In this document: piece after piece, positions 12,958 to 26,370 of the stretch
Layout: the number at the start of each line of letters is the position of its first letter
Numbering within the stretch: position 1 is the stretch's first letter
NCBI GenBank assembly: GCA_013265495.1
Contig: MU058384.1
Location: 3,705,239-3,769,238 of the forward strand
Length of the DNA: 64,000 nt
Direction: 5' to 3'
From: Vicugna vicugna
Lineage: Eukaryota
The notes under the pieces: generated by a model
The model's input: the letters and a program-made list of their open reading frames with translations, nothing else
What the model was told of the DNA's origin: nothing
Databases searched by the model: none
Position numbers and translations under genes: made by a program

Positions 12958-13473
12958 TGTTACCAAGTCCAAACTTGTTCCACTTGCCACACGACCAGAC
13001 AGTAAATCGGGAGACGAGGTGTTTGGGCAAGGAATAACAACTTTATTCAGAAAGCAAGCAGACCAAGAAGATGGCAGACTAATGTCTTGGAGAACTATCT
13101 TCCAAGTCAGAATTCAGGCTCCTTTTATACTAAAAAGGGGATGGAGTGTGGTTGGTTGTTGCAAACTTCTTGCTGTAGGAATTCTTTGTTCTTGCAGCTG
13201 TACACATGGGTCAGATCATGGTGCCCCTGTAAAACCTCTAACAAACATTATCTTCTATTCTGCAACTTGTTACCTTTATATAAGTGCAAAAGTGTTAATA
13301 TCCTTAAAGGTCAGAGCCTTGAGAATAGGCTCTCCTTTATATTTCAGGCTGAAGGCAACATTCTTTTACAAAAGGTGCAGATCTATTAAGACTAAGCCTA
13401 GAAAACAGGGCACAGGGTTAAAGCCAAAGGAACAGATCTAATTATGGAGTCAGATTTGTTCTTTTCTGTTATA
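12958..13473 (-). mobile_element. Solo ERV1-class LTR (MER41-like), ~516 bp, antisense to MAP3K5
   Basis: Termini TGTTAC...TGTTATA (decayed TG...CA) with 4-bp flanks ataa/gtaa. On the minus strand TATAAAA at 13123-13129 is followed by AATAAA at 13042-13047, the U3-R-U5 order. Confidence 0.85.
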
Positions 13474-13760
13474 GTAATAAGAAAAAGATTGCAGTAAAGG
13501 TTTCGTTGCTTGGTTTTCTAGCAGCAAAAATATGGGTGATCAGCTGGATTCCAGTGAAATTAACAAAATACTACCTTTGTTGGTATCCGATGTCTCCCTG
13601 GTATCTTTTTTTAGCCCAGATCCCCGAGAACTGTAGGTTTAACCGTCAGCTGTACACCCCATACCTGCTTATGGTCACACCAGCACCTCAAACTCATTTC
13701 CCCACAGAAATTGTTCCCCTTCGCTAGTTTGTAACATCTCATTAAATGGCACTCAATTTT

Positions 13761-13988
13761 TTTTTAGGTGAATTATACTATTTTTTTAAAACTGAAGTAC
13801 AGTCAGTTATAATTTGTCAGTTTCTGGTGTACAGCATAATGTCTCAGTCATATATATATATTTGTTTGTTTGTTTGTTTTTATATTCTTTTTCATTAAAG
13901 GTTATTACAAGATATTGAATATAGCTCCCTGTGCTATACAGAGGAAATTTGGTTTTTTTTAAATCTATTTTTATATATAGTAGTTAAA
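13761..13988 (-). mobile_element. Short L1 3'-end insertion (lineage-specific L1 tail)
   Basis: T-run then actgaagtacagtcagttata...gatattgaatatagctccctgtgctatacag, related to the reverse complement of the L1 3'UTR at ~11330-11470. 12-bp TSD gcactcaatttt at 13749-13760 and 13989-14000. Confidence 0.9.
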
Positions 13989-14910
13989 GCACTCAATTTT
14001 CCTCACCAGAAACTTGCTCCAGATTCTTTTAAAATAATCACGTATTATATATATGTCAAGAATATCAGTCCTTTATTTTTCCAAATGTATTACATTATTT
14101 CCTTAGTTTGGTATTTAGTATAATTTTTGTGTTAATTCTTGACACATTTTTATTAGTCAAAACTATTATCATTTGTGAATTTTACTATTGCTCTTAAGTG
14201 CAGATTCTTGCTTCATGCATAGACCTGAGAATTACTTGTATTTCCTTCAAGAAAGTTTAATTAATCTTTTTACACTCGACTCCTTCCTCCATCTTGAATT
14301 TATTTTGTTGTAATGATGTAGGAAAAGTGATGTGTCTATATTCCTGTGTACTGTGATTGACAAAAGGCGACAACCTAAGAGTTAAGTGAAATTTATAAAC
14401 ATAGTATTTCTTTAAATAGCCCCTAATATTTGTTCATGGCAGGTCTGAACTACATCCATTATTTCTGTAAGTGATCTTTTTCCTTGCTCTTAATATTACC
14501 TAATGCCCTTGGTCCATTTCTTCGAGGAAAAGATGCCCCTACATGTCCTCCCCTTCCCCTGGGGGAAGAGGCAAACTTAGTAACAGACATTTAGTTTTTA
14601 CTTTACCGGAGTCATTTGCTTTTCTTTTAATGTAGCACGTTGATGTGCTTAGAGTTACTGATGTACGTAGTAGCTGTCTGCTCCAAACTTCCATTCTTTC
14701 CTCATTTATTCATTCATTCATTTGTTCATTCATTCATTCTTCATTCAATAAGCATCTAATGGATCTGCATCTTGTGCCGGACTTTGGAGATGGAGAGCAG
14801 CTGGGCCATGGCCTTGCCCACAGAACACTCAGGTGGTGGTCTTCACTTTTCCATCTCCTATTTGTTTTTCTGTTTCCTATTACCCCTTCCCACCTCTGGA
14901 TACTTCTCTC

Positions 14911-16640
14911 TTCTTTTTATTCTTTTAAATTTGTTTTTAAAATTGAGATACAATATATACAATAAAATTAACTTTTAAAATAGTCTAATTCATGGTTTTT
15001 AGTAAATTCACAAGGTGTGCAACTATCATCAGTACATTTTCATCACCTTGGAAATAACCTGTACCCATGAGTGGTTACTGCCCATGTTCCCCTGCCCCCT
15101 CCAGCCCCTGGCAACTATAATTCTGCTTTCTGTCTTAATTTGCCTGTTTCAGATATTTCATATAAATAAAATCGTATAGTATGTAGCATTTTGTGACTGT
15201 CTTCTTTCACTTAGCGTGATGTTTTCAAACTTTATCTATGTTGTAACCAAGAGTCCTTTTTTCATTTCTTTTTCTAGCTGAGTACTATTTTATTGTATGG
15301 GTATATAAACATATTATAATATATCAGTTGATGGACATTTGGGTTGTTTCCACTTTTTGGCTATTATGAATAAAGCTACACTGAACATTCATATACAAAT
15401 TTTGGGGTGGATATATATGTTCACGTCTCTTAATTATATTCCTAGGAGTAGAATTGCTGTTTCTTACGATGACTAAACTTTCTTTTTAATTTTTTATTTA
15501 TTTTTTCATTTCATTTTTTGCAGGGGAGGTAAATAGGTTTGTTTGTTTGTTTATTTATTTTTGGTGGAGGTACTGGGGATTGAACCCAGGACCTAGTGCA
15601 TGTTAAGGAGACAGTTACCACTGAGCTATACCTTCCCTTCCCCCTCTAAACTTTTTGAAGAACCACTGAAACATTTTCTAAAGTGGCTACACCATTTTCT
15701 GGTAGCACCAACCATGTATGAGGGTTCGTTTATCCACATCCTTACCAATGCATGTTAATTGTCTGTCATTTCGATTCTAGCCATCCTAGTAGGTATGTAA
15801 TGGTAGGTACCTTATTGTGGTTTTGACTTGCATTTTCCTAATGACTAATGATGTTTTCATGTGCTTGTGGCCATTTGTATATCTTTTTTGGAGATCTGTC
15901 TCATCAGATCTTTTACCCATTTTAAAATTCATCTCTTTATTGCTGAATTGTAATAGTTCTTTACATATTCTGCATATAAGTCCCTTATCAGATATATAAT
16001 TTGCAAATAGTTTCTCCCATTTTGTGGGTTATTTTTTCATTTTCTTAATAACGTCCTTTGAAGCACAAAAATTTTTAATTTTGATGAAGTCTGATTTATC
16101 TGTTCCTCTTTTGTTGCTGGTACTTTGGATATCTTACTACGTAAGAAATTGTTGCCCGATCTGAGGTCATGAAGATTTACATCTGTGTTTTCTTCTAAGA
16201 ATTTTACAGTTTTTGCTGTTGAATATAGGTCATTGATCCACTTTGAGTTCATTTTAAATATCATGTGAGGTAAGGGTCCTACTTCATTCTTCTGCATATG
16301 GATATCCAGTTGTCTCAGCACCATTTATTGAAAAGACCATTCATTCTTTCACCAACGAATTTTCTTGGCACCCTTGTCAGAAATCAATTAACTATAAATG
16401 CATGAGTTTATTTTTGAGTTCTGTTCCATTGATCTATATGTTTATCTCTATGCTAGTATTATGTAATCTTGGTTACTTAAGCTTTGTATTAAGTTTTGAA
16501 AAGAAAGGGATTCTGAAAAGGATGTATAAGGCCTCCAGCTTTGTTCTTCTTTTTCAAGGCTGTTTTGGCTATTTTGGTTCCCTTGTATTTTCATATGAAT
16601 TTTGGGCTTGTTCATTTCTGCAAAAAAGACAGTTGGGTCT
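14911..16640 (-). mobile_element. Old L1 (L1MB-like) 3'UTR and ORF2 3' part, split by a SINE
   Basis: Typical antisense L1 motifs (gatggacatttgggttgtttccac, cccttatcagatatat, tatccagttgtctcagcaccattt). ORF 16037-16324 is decayed ORF2-like. Confidence 0.9.
15482..15645 (-). mobile_element. tRNA-Ala-derived SINE (Vic-1-like) nested in L1
   Basis: ggaggtactggggattgaacccaggacc...ccactgagctatacc. TSD ctaaacttt at 15473-15481 and 15646-15654. Confidence 0.92.
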
Positions 16641-18094
16641 TCTTACTATTTTTAACTGTCCCTGATATCCTTTTCTTTCTCTTTACAATGTTTCTCTTGC
16701 CTTTCTTGGCTTTTATGACCGCGGGTCTCATCTTTTGCTTTTGTTGAGAAAAATATTTTCCTTTTAATTTTTGGCTGTTGAACTGATTATTGAACCGTGG
16801 ATTGCAGAGTTTTCAGATTTTTGGCACTTATTGTCATTTATCACACCCAGGAGTGGCTAGATTTCACTTCCTCCCTCCCTGCCCTCCTTCCTCGCTTCTT
16901 TTCCTGCTGTTTTCCTCTCCTTGCTTCTTTCCTTCTTTTACTTCCTTTCATCCTTCCTTCCTGTGGGTTTGGCACTTAACAAAATTAGGGATAGTAGAGT
17001 CTGACTTCAGGATAAACAGGGAATCACTATTTACCTTTATCTGCTTATCACCTAAAATTTAAATATTTAAATGTGAAAAGTCAAAATACTTTTTGAAAGG
17101 GTTATTGTCCCTTGTGATTTGGTTTCTCATACAGAACATAGAAAATCTGGGTTTTTGTAAGAAAAAACTTATGGAAATGTTAATGTAGCATTCTTACTAT
17201 ATTAGTTCATGTTCTTTCTAAAAGTCATCCCAGTCTGTAAATATTTCCAGGGAGAGCGGTTTAGCACTCTGCGTTTTACAGACTCCACATCTTAGTGTTA
17301 AGATATTAGATGAAGAAATGGAGTTTATTATAGGTTTAAATTGCCCAATATGGTCTTAGGCTGGTGTAATGTGATACCTTCTCTGAACTGTTACCTTAAT
17401 GTGGGCGATCACATTGACATGCTCTTTGCTTTGTAAATCTTTTAATGACCTCTGTCCCCAAGCACAAATTCCGACCTGTCTAGTTTTGTTGAACCAGATA
17501 TCCTACTACCCAGAAGACATCAAACCCCGTTGTTGACTGTTGTGTCTGGTGACGAAGGAAATGAGTCAAAACTCCAGGTAATCTATCAGGCTGTCCACTA
17601 CCATGGGTGAATTGAGGTAAAGCAGGTGTGGAAGTTTGGAACCACAGGGCCACAGACTTGACCTACTATGCTATGAGACAAGTGGTGCCCAGTTTTTTTT
17701 GTTTTTAAATTGTGAGGTGTCTCCAGTAGTCATCCTTATGGGTAAGTCTTTGCTGAGTTATCTGGCCTTGTTCTGAAGGGGAAGCTAGAGCTTCAACTCA
17801 GAAATGTATCCTGCAGAATAATTGATTCAGATTTGCAGGTGACGTATTTATGGAGACGGACAGTCTCTGGTTGCTCACTGGGATGGGGGTGAGGGCGAGG
17901 GTCCCGGCTTCTCTTGCCGGTTCCTTGGTTTTATGCTGTACCAGGTAGATTCTTGCCCATCTCATGACTTGTAGTGCAAGTGGGATGGCTCTTCAGGGTT
18001 AGGGACTGTTTCTTGGAATGTTCACATTGGGGATTTCTATCTCCACTGATCAGAAGACTAGAAAAAAATCACGTCTTCCTAGTGATGGAAGGAA

Positions 18095-18312
18095 AGCCAT
18101 ATATTGTAATGGTTGAATGTGGACTGTGTCTCTGACAGACCTCTCTGTTTGAGCCTTGGCCCTGCCACATACTGGTTGTGTGCTCTTACGTCGCTAAGTC
18201 TTATTTTCTCATCTGTAAGTCACCGACTTATAGGTCTACTGAGAAGGTTAAATGGGATCGTGCATGCAAGGAGCTTTGCACGGTGCCTGGCAGGTCACAG
18301 ACTGTTGGAATA
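18095..18312 (+). mobile_element. MIR SINE
   Basis: gtttgagccttggccctgccac...ttttctcatctgtaa...gagaaggttaaatg...gtgcctggca. Confidence 0.7.
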
Positions 18313-18649
18313 AACAGGACTTTAGAGGCTGTTTAATCCAGTACTTTATCTGATGCTTGAATCTACCAAGAGGCTGTTAAGATGCGCTTTTATCATGTTG
18401 TGTATTGCCTCATAAATTTGATTTTGGCAGGGTTTGAGGGGAGTCTAACCATGACTCCTGATTTTGTTAAGATACTGTTTAAAGAGTTCTCCACCACCTG
18501 GGCATTTAGGGCTGGGAGAGGGACGTGATCCTGGAAGCCAATGTGTGGCAATAGCCATGCCCAAAGTGACAGATTTGCAAGGAGCTGAGAGACGACCCCA
18601 CAGAGTTCACACACTCCAGCTTCTGAGATGTGGTGGGAGGAACACATGC

Positions 18650-18790
18650 TTTAGGGTTTGGAGGCTTGCTCTGAGTTTCAGTTCTGCCTCACGTATCCTC
18701 TCTGTGTTGAGGAAGCCAATATTTACCACCGTTTTGAGGATTAACTGAGAAAACATACATGAAAGGAGCAGGCACATAGTAGGTTCTCGG
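18650..18790 (+). mobile_element. MIR SINE fragment
   Basis: ttttgaggattaactgaga...catgaaag...ggcacatagtagg. Confidence 0.5.
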
Positions 18791-18834
18791 CCAACGATCA
18801 TATATTCAGTGTTGATTTATTGTTTTGTAAGGTC

Positions 18835-19366
18835 TGTGTTTCATTTTTCTTTTGCTGCATGACAGCCATACAAAACGCAGTGGCTCCTAACAACAACCTG
18901 TTATTCTCTCTCACGACTTAGTTGGTTGACTAGGTTCGGCTGGGCGGTTCTTCCATTTCGTGTGTAGTTGATTGGGTCTGCAGTCCTTTAGGGGCTGGAC
19001 TGGGCTGGAATGTCCAAGAAGGCACATTCTCATCAATGGATGTTGATGTGGGCTGTCTGGCCTCAGGTCTACTCTTGTGGCCTGTCTGCATGGCCAGGTT
19101 GGACATCTTCCAGGATGTCTGCATTCTGAGAGGCAGTGCTTTATGAGCCTGTGTTCTCAGAAGAAGGAAGTGGAAGCTGTTAGTTAGTTCTCTCATCTTT
19201 TGGTCTCAAAATCCTCAGGATGTGAGTTTGCTGCATTCTATTGATCAAGGCAGTCACAGAGTTGACCCAGACTCAAGCGGAGGGGGAGAGCTCAAAGGGG
19301 AAGTGGGCACATGCAGACCAAGTGGTAAGGGATTGATGGTGGCCGTCTTTGGAAACATCCGCCGCA
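18835..19366 (-). mobile_element. ERVL-MaLR solo LTR (old MLT1 family)
   Basis: caaaacgcagtggct...gggctggaatgtccaag...ggaagtggaagctg...cattctattgatcaaggcagtcaca...ggccgtctttgga. Confidence 0.75.
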
Positions 19367-21399
19367 GTCTGAATGCTCTTGGGTACTTCTGCCCCTCATG
19401 CAGGTGTGCACACGAGCGGGGGGCCGATCAACAAGTCAGTAGCTCTCTGCCTGCTTCACATCCATCTAGTGGCCAAGTCATGGAGAGAAGTGAGGCCTGG
19501 GCCTCAGGTAGTCATTGGATTTTGAGAAAGAAGCCATTAAAACTCAAAATGGAGGGTACCTGAAGGGATTTGGCAAGAATACACTTTACCTGGGAAACAT
19601 CTTTTCCCCCTATGAAATTTTTTTTTCCTCTACAGATAGGGCTGGTAGAAACGTTACCGTCAAAATACTGCCCTGAGACTTTTTGCTGTCCACCGCAAGA
19701 AGATCCACCGGACAGCTGACCTGTTTCCCCACATATTTGGGTCTATTGGGATGAGGTGGTTGAACAGAGACTGGACAGCTAAAAATTTACCCTGGATGCT
19801 GCTTAAAGTGGACAAGGCAATGTATAATTTTGTAAAAATCCTGTTTATATATCAAAGATTGCAGATCTTAACTGACTCACTATGAGAAAAAGTGGAGATT
19901 GTTGCTTTTAAAAAATCTATGCAAATTAATACACGTCCAAGAACTCACTACCCCATCTCAGCCTTAGGAATGGACAGAATTTGTCATTTTTTTCCGTCCA
20001 GCTCTGCAGAAGGCAAAGCAATGGAGGTGTAGGGCCACAGAGAGGACCAGGTGGTAGCAATGGCCATGAACCAAGAGACCTCAGGAGGCTGGGAATAGAA
20101 AGGGGACGAGACCTTCCCCAAGGATCAAGTGCAGATATGAGCATGTGGTTCATGGACTGGTTTAATCTGCAGGTAACCTGCCTATCCCTAGGGAGGTTTG
20201 CAGCCAGCATTAAAGTTTCCAGAGAAATAAAGACAAAGTACAGGAGGTACTTTCTCTTGAACAATTCCTCTTGGTGCTTTTAATTCTACTTGGCTTTAGA
20301 AACTCAACTGGAAGTTTACTTTTCTTTTTGTACTTTTCCTAATCTAAGCCTTTCTCCCACCTTACCTTCTCACACTCTCTGTCTTATTTCTGGCACTGTC
20401 CATGGATGGCTGAACCAGTGAGGAGCATGAGCCAACCTCTCTCTCCAATCTTTGCCTCCAGAATACCTGAGAGTCATGTGCAAACATCGGCAGACGGTTC
20501 TTGGCTAGATATCCTATGAAATGTACTGTTTATATTTGGAAAAAGCATTGGTTCGTCTACTTGGTGAACAAAATGTGTCCAGCTTCAACCATCAAAAGTC
20601 AGGAGCTCCGTGGTTCTGTTTGCTCTTTCCCACATGTCCTCTCTTCCTCATTTGCTCCTCTGCTTCTTTCTTGCAACTTTTCTCTGGCGGGGCCATCCCT
20701 ATAGATTTTCCTTTTTTATTTTTGTCCCTTGCTCCAAAGGGGCAGTATTGTCCTCTGCTAAAATTAGAAACCAAAAGTATTTGTCTGCCTTCAAGGTCAT
20801 GGATTTTAAATTTAAGGAGATAGAAGAGTTAATCTTTAAATTATTTTGTTTCCTTTTTCTAACACTTTGTTGGTGAATGAAGATGCTCTACTAATCTTTA
20901 ATTCTTGGTAGAATTGCTGACTGAGCCAATCTTCCCAGTGCATTCATTCTACCTGCCTTTGCTTTTGAGGGAGCCGCTTGGTGGCTCACCCTTCCTACCT
21001 TCCTTCTCCACCACTTTGTATTGAGTAGTTTCCAAGAAATCGTGTTCTAATCACTGCAGTTTCTTGCACAGGGCTCCTGACCAGCTGCGGCGGGAAACTA
21101 AACATGATAGCACAGCATGCAAAGTCTGCCCAGGTTGGGCATCCCTCTGCCTCCTGAGCAACGCCCCCCACCCCCCCCCACCACAAGCTCTGTGATTGGA
21201 CCCAGATTCAGAGCAGTTTCCCTAATAAATCAAGCTCAGAGATCTCTCCATTTTTGTGCACAAATGCCATTTTATGTTTGTTTTTCCATTTCCCCTCTGA
21301 AAGTTCTATATTTTTACTGTGATGATAGTTGCTAGACCTAGGGTTCGGAAAGGGGACCCATTCTTCTAGGTTCCTTGCTCCTTCCTGCCTGGAATTCTC

Positions 21400-21652
21400 T
21401 TTCCTCACTTCCTGGGGAACTCCTTTGCATCCTTTAGGTCAGCTCTGTAAACCTCTCCTCAAGCATACCCACCTGGGCAGTTAGTAACTCCCTCTTCTGT
21501 CTTCCCACAGTGCCAGCTGCTGGCTTCTGCTGCATTTTCGTGATTGGCTTCCCTGTTGAGACTGTTAGGTTTTTTTAGTTAGATTCAGGTCTGTTTTCTT
21601 CATTTTAGTGCTTACATGTAATAGGTGTTCGATGCGTTTCTCTTGAATAAAT
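21400..21652 (+). mobile_element. L2 3'-end fragment
   Basis: tcctttaggtcagct...agactgttagg...gtgcttacatgtaataggtgttc...ttgaataaat. Confidence 0.5.
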
Positions 21653-22402
21653 AGTGCTGTTAATTAAATTCATTGAACCTTTTGTGACTTAATGATTTGA
21701 TCATTTGCATAAGCAATACCTCCTATAAGAGTTTTTATTCAAAAAATCTTTTGCCTTTTGTTCTAGTTGTTGCTCGTGGCTAAAAAGGAAAGCTAATCAA
21801 CATGCACAGTGGCACGTGCATTGAAATTTAGTATAGGAGTTACTAGTCTTAACTGCCTTTATTGCTTTTCGAAGAAAAAAAGAATCTTTGGTTGATAACT
21901 ATTTTATACATGTTACTGACTGCTGACTGTACTTTGCTGCTTAGTCATGAGATGTTCATGCCATTTTATGGCCATTGGAATGTCTCAATCGGATACATTT
22001 TAAAAATACCATATCATTCAAGATGACAGAGGACTGATTGAATTTCTATCCTGCTGTCTCTGGTGCCTGTCAGAACAGGATCCAAAAGTTAGGCTCATTG
22101 CATTTGTTTGGTACCTGGAGATATAAAAAACTTTAGGTAGAGAGTTTAAAACCTATTCTCTGCCTCAGTAACTTAAAACATGTGTAAAAGTATTGTTTTA
22201 GCTTTTTTTCATTTCTCCTTTAAAGTGCTATGGACTTTTCCCATGATAATAGTAGATACAGCCTGTTCTTTGAAAATAGGGAATAGTTTTGTACATCCTC
22301 AAACTTGTCCTTTATGTATAGTTTTAGTATAATCGCTATTTTAGGCAAATTTCTTCTCTAAAGATCTTCTCAGGACCATGTTATTCTTAGGTTACAATAT
22401 AG

Positions 22403-22554
22403 GTTTTTTGGTGGGGTGGGGAGGTAATCAGGTTTCTCTTTTTTTCCTTTCTTTCTTTTCTTTTTTTTGATTCATCCTTTTTCTTAATGGGGTACTGGGG
22501 ATTGAACCCAGGACCTTGTGCACACACTCTACCACTGAGCTATACCCTCTCCCC
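22403..22554 (-). mobile_element. tRNA-Ala-derived SINE (Vic-1-like) with an internal ~10-nt deletion of the anticodon loop
   Basis: ggtactggggattgaacccaggaccttgtgcacacactctaccactgagctataccc lacks the tgctaagca segment. TSD acaatatag at 22394-22402 and 22555-22563. Confidence 0.92.
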
Positions 22555-24706
22555 ACAATATAGATTTTTGTTACTGATTCCTGCTTGTCATCAGCAGTGG
22601 GAAATGTGGCACATTCAAGAATCAACTTCTTATTCATCTCTGGTCCTATTGTTCAGCATCTGGTGTATAATGCTTATTCAATAAATATATATTGAATGAA
22701 TAAGTAAGGCTACTTAGAGACCAATTTATTTTCAAGAGCCTATAGTTATTAAAGGTTTGGCACATAGAAACATAGGCAAAGAACAGGATTCCTGCTGTGA
22801 AAGTAAGATGTGCAAAAACCCAAAACACGTTTTTATTTTCTCAGATGGACTAAGTTTTAATCAGGGCAGGACACACTTAAACTTAAGAACTGATCACTTA
22901 TAAATTATTAAAGTATAAACAAAGCCTTAACTTATGAGTGTGCCAGTTGCTTCCTGCTCGTCTTTTTTCGTTTTATTGATTTTTATACAACTCAGATAAA
23001 GCAGGGGGTAAAAATATTTGTTTCCAAAAAGCTACAGATCTGAACTGACTGCTGTAACTACAAAAATTATTTTATACCTGTTGAAAATGGTTGAGAGGCT
23101 GGGCAGAACCCGTGTTTTTTAGTTTAGAGTCCTGGAAGAATGTCTCAGAGAGCAACAAATGCAGTATAAATTCAGAGACTATTTTCATGTTGGTTTAATG
23201 TTCATCATATACAGTTATAAGGCTTTTTTGAAACATCATGAAGGATGAAAATTAATCAAAATAATAAAAATGACTGAAAAATTCCAAGGCTTTGTTATGT
23301 AATGATTTTTTGGTACTGCTTTAAAATATCAGGTAAGAATAAACTTTGCAGGGGTGAAGAAGCTTACTTTCAAACTGCATGAAGATTATTTAATTTTAAA
23401 TTTTAGTATTGTGTAATGACACATTTACAGTGTATTTAAGTGAAAGTAAAGTCAAGACAGTATTTGCTCCTAAGTTGCTAAAGAACCTAATGTACTAAAA
23501 TATTTAAATTAAAGTCTTACATTGGGTGCCTGTATTAAAATAGGCTTCAGTTATTTACACAAAAACTATTACTTTAGCTCTAATACTTTTATGTAGCACT
23601 CATGACTACCACTGTAAATGGTTTCATTTTTGTGTTCTCTATTTTGTATCTAAAATATATTCAGATAATTCAAGATATGAAAAGAAGTCTCTAAGATCTA
23701 CAAAATGAGTCCTCTGATTAACACATCTGATGAACTTTTAACTTTTCTAATAGATAAACACAGAAGCAAAAGGAAATCTTGTTAATAGTGTATACATGAA
23801 CATTTCATAGATCTGTGGTGCTATCCGACAAGACACACAACTCATAGAAATTCTTGCTTCCCAATATTCAGACGGCTCGCTTGACTTTATTTTTCCACAC
23901 ACCCAGCCCGGAATCTCTTCCTGTAAGTTGTGTTGAAATTAAGATGCTGTTGTAGCTCTATTTGGCTGGGTTCCTAAGGAATATCACAATCCTGCCCTGC
24001 AACTTATTTTCTTGAGAGTTCCCAGAAGTAGGTTTGTGGCCAGAAAATACAGCCAGGCAATGCATCTCTTGATTATTAAATGGGGCTCTGGCCCCAGGCC
24101 CTAATACTAAACTGGTGAGCCAGACTGGAACCCTTGACGATCTCGTTCTCTGGGCTAGGTAGCTTGAATGGTCTAGAACCAAAGCAGGTTAAAGAGCCTT
24201 CCTGTCAATTTCTGCCATAGCCCTGAAACCTGAGTTTCCTTAGGTCTTAACACTGATTCAATGGAAGATAACGAAGATGCTGGAGGAGCAGGAAAGAGCT
24301 TTGCTTCAAGACTTAGAGTGGATCTGAAGAGAAAGCTCACTTGAGAAAGAGGCTTTTGGAGGAGCCTTTGGAGTAACTCTTCCTGAGGAGGTGGAAGAGG
24401 GAAAAGGAGACCTTATCCATGTACTGGACCATCAGCTCCCTTGAGGCTGACACATCTCTGATAAAATCCTTGAAAAAGTAATCTCTGCTCTCGGACTCAT
24501 GGTCTTCCTTTCTGATCCTTCCTGTTGTTGGTCCTCCATCACTTAGGAGAAACTGTCTTCTGATGAATCCAAAGGGACTTCAGGCATCAAATAATATGGT
24601 CCTTGGTCTTCATTCTCCTTAGCAGGAAGGTACATGAGGCTGACAACTCCCTTTTTCTTGAAGTCCTGTTCTCTTGTTACTTAGGGTACCTGGGATGAAA
24701 AGATGG

Positions 24707-25066
24707 TGTCAGTCATTTCAGGCTGCTCCAACAGAGTGCCACAGACTAGGTGCCTTAAACAACAAACACGTGTTACTCCCAGTTTGGGAGACTGGAAAGT
24801 CCAAGATCAAGGTGCTGAAGGTTCGGTGTCTGGTAAGCGCCTGCTTTCTAGCTCAGAAATAGCTGTCTTCTCACCGTGTCCTCACATGGTGAAACGGGTG
24901 AGGGAGCTCTTTGAGGCCTCTTTTGTAAGGGCACCAATCCCATTCATGAGAGATCCATCTTCATGACCTAATCACCTCTCAAGGCCCATTCTCCAAATAT
25001 GATCACTTTGGGGATTGTGTTTCAACATATGAATTTCGGGGGGACACGAACGTCCAATTTATAACA
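24707..25066 (-). mobile_element. ERVL-MaLR solo LTR, MLT1A-like (~360 bp)
   Basis: TG...CA termini. ggaaagtccaagatcaaggtg, tgtcctcacatggtg, catgacctaatcacctc and ttcaacatatgaatttcggggggacac are MLT1A-type motifs. Confidence 0.88.
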
Positions 25067-25089
25067 GCAGGTTATGGAGCTTACGGTAC

Positions 25090-26370
25090 CCTTAAGGAGT
25101 TTATAGTCTAGTTGGAAAGATCCCAAAAGATCATTTCACTGTGCTCTGACTTGGCCATCCTATTAACTTTCAAGTATATATTTCCAATCCATTCTTCCTT
25201 CCTTAGCTCCATTTCCATGTGTCCAGCAATCTACTGAATGGATATCTCTTTCAACCTAAAATTTAACGTCATCATCTTCTCTCTGAAACCTGTTCCTTTG
25301 CTTATCAGTGATAGTATTTTTTCTCCAGTCACTCAGGCTGGAAACCTCAGTGTCATCTTTGATTCCTTGCTCCTTATTCATTCATTCATCTGAGTGCCTA
25401 ATGCAAGCCTCTGTGGATACAGACAGCCATCCAGTTCCAGCCCTAGTAAGCACTGTTTCTCCTTCATATCATTTCACAGGAAGGAAAGGTAGAGAATTCA
25501 GTGTTCACAGGAAAAACAAGCAAAAAGGCCTCTATGACTATTTTATGGGTTGATGACTCAGATTTATTTAAATACAGGCTTCCCACATATGAAAAATATC
25601 TAAAGTGTAGGCATTCTTTTGTGTAGCATTTGTGGTCCTGCAGTGTCTGAAGAAAATGTCGCTCAATAAACAAGCAAACAAGTAAACAAATAATGACTTC
25701 CTACTGGAGTAAGTACCATGAAGAAAAAAATAAGTCAGCATGGGGCAGAGGGAGGCTAGAGCCAGGGACTGTAGAGGGAGGGGCAAGAATGATGAGGAGG
25801 TGGTATTGAGACAGAGCGTGAATGGTGTGAAGGAACCGTGCAGAGATCTGGGAGGAGCGTGTGCCAGGCAGAGGGAGCAGAGCCCACCTTCTAAAACCCT
25901 ACACTAGGTCTTGAACCTGGATCCTCGCACCCTGAAACCTCTGCCTGACCTCTGCCTCCCTTGCCTCCAGCCACTGGCCCAGCCACGCTGAACTTCTCCC
26001 CTTTCACAGCTCTATACCTTTGCATTATTTCCTCTGTCTCGAGGGCCCTTCCTCTCCTTCCTTTGATGAAACCACACATGAGAAGGCAGCTGAAATTTCA
26101 TCTGTGACCCACCCACTCTCCCACCCTCACTTCTCAGGAAGAGCTGGTCTCTCTCACCTCAGCACTTCCTCTGCTGTGTCCCAGTTTCTGATACGGCTCT
26201 GATCAATGCAAATTGTGATTGATTTGTTTAAAATCCTCCTCCCCCACAGACTGTTAGGCCCCTGAGAACACAGAATATAGCTTAATCATCTCAGTAGTAC
26301 CAGTGCCTCGAAACATGGCTGGGGCACAATCAGTGCTGAAACATTGTAGAATATTCGAATGAATGAGGGA
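25090..26370. mobile_element. Cluster of L2 fragments in both orientations
   Basis: gagtttatagtctagttgg; ccagtcactcaggctggaaacctcagtgtcatctttgattcc; gatctgggaggagcgtgtgccaggcagaggga; cagactgttaggcccctgag...gaatgaatga. Confidence 0.6.

Noticed and set aside
13019..13441. 140-aa ORF, and the 170-aa ORF at 42468-42980
   Set aside because: Both lie within non-coding repeats (solo LTR; SINE plus MLT1) and resemble no protein I recognise.
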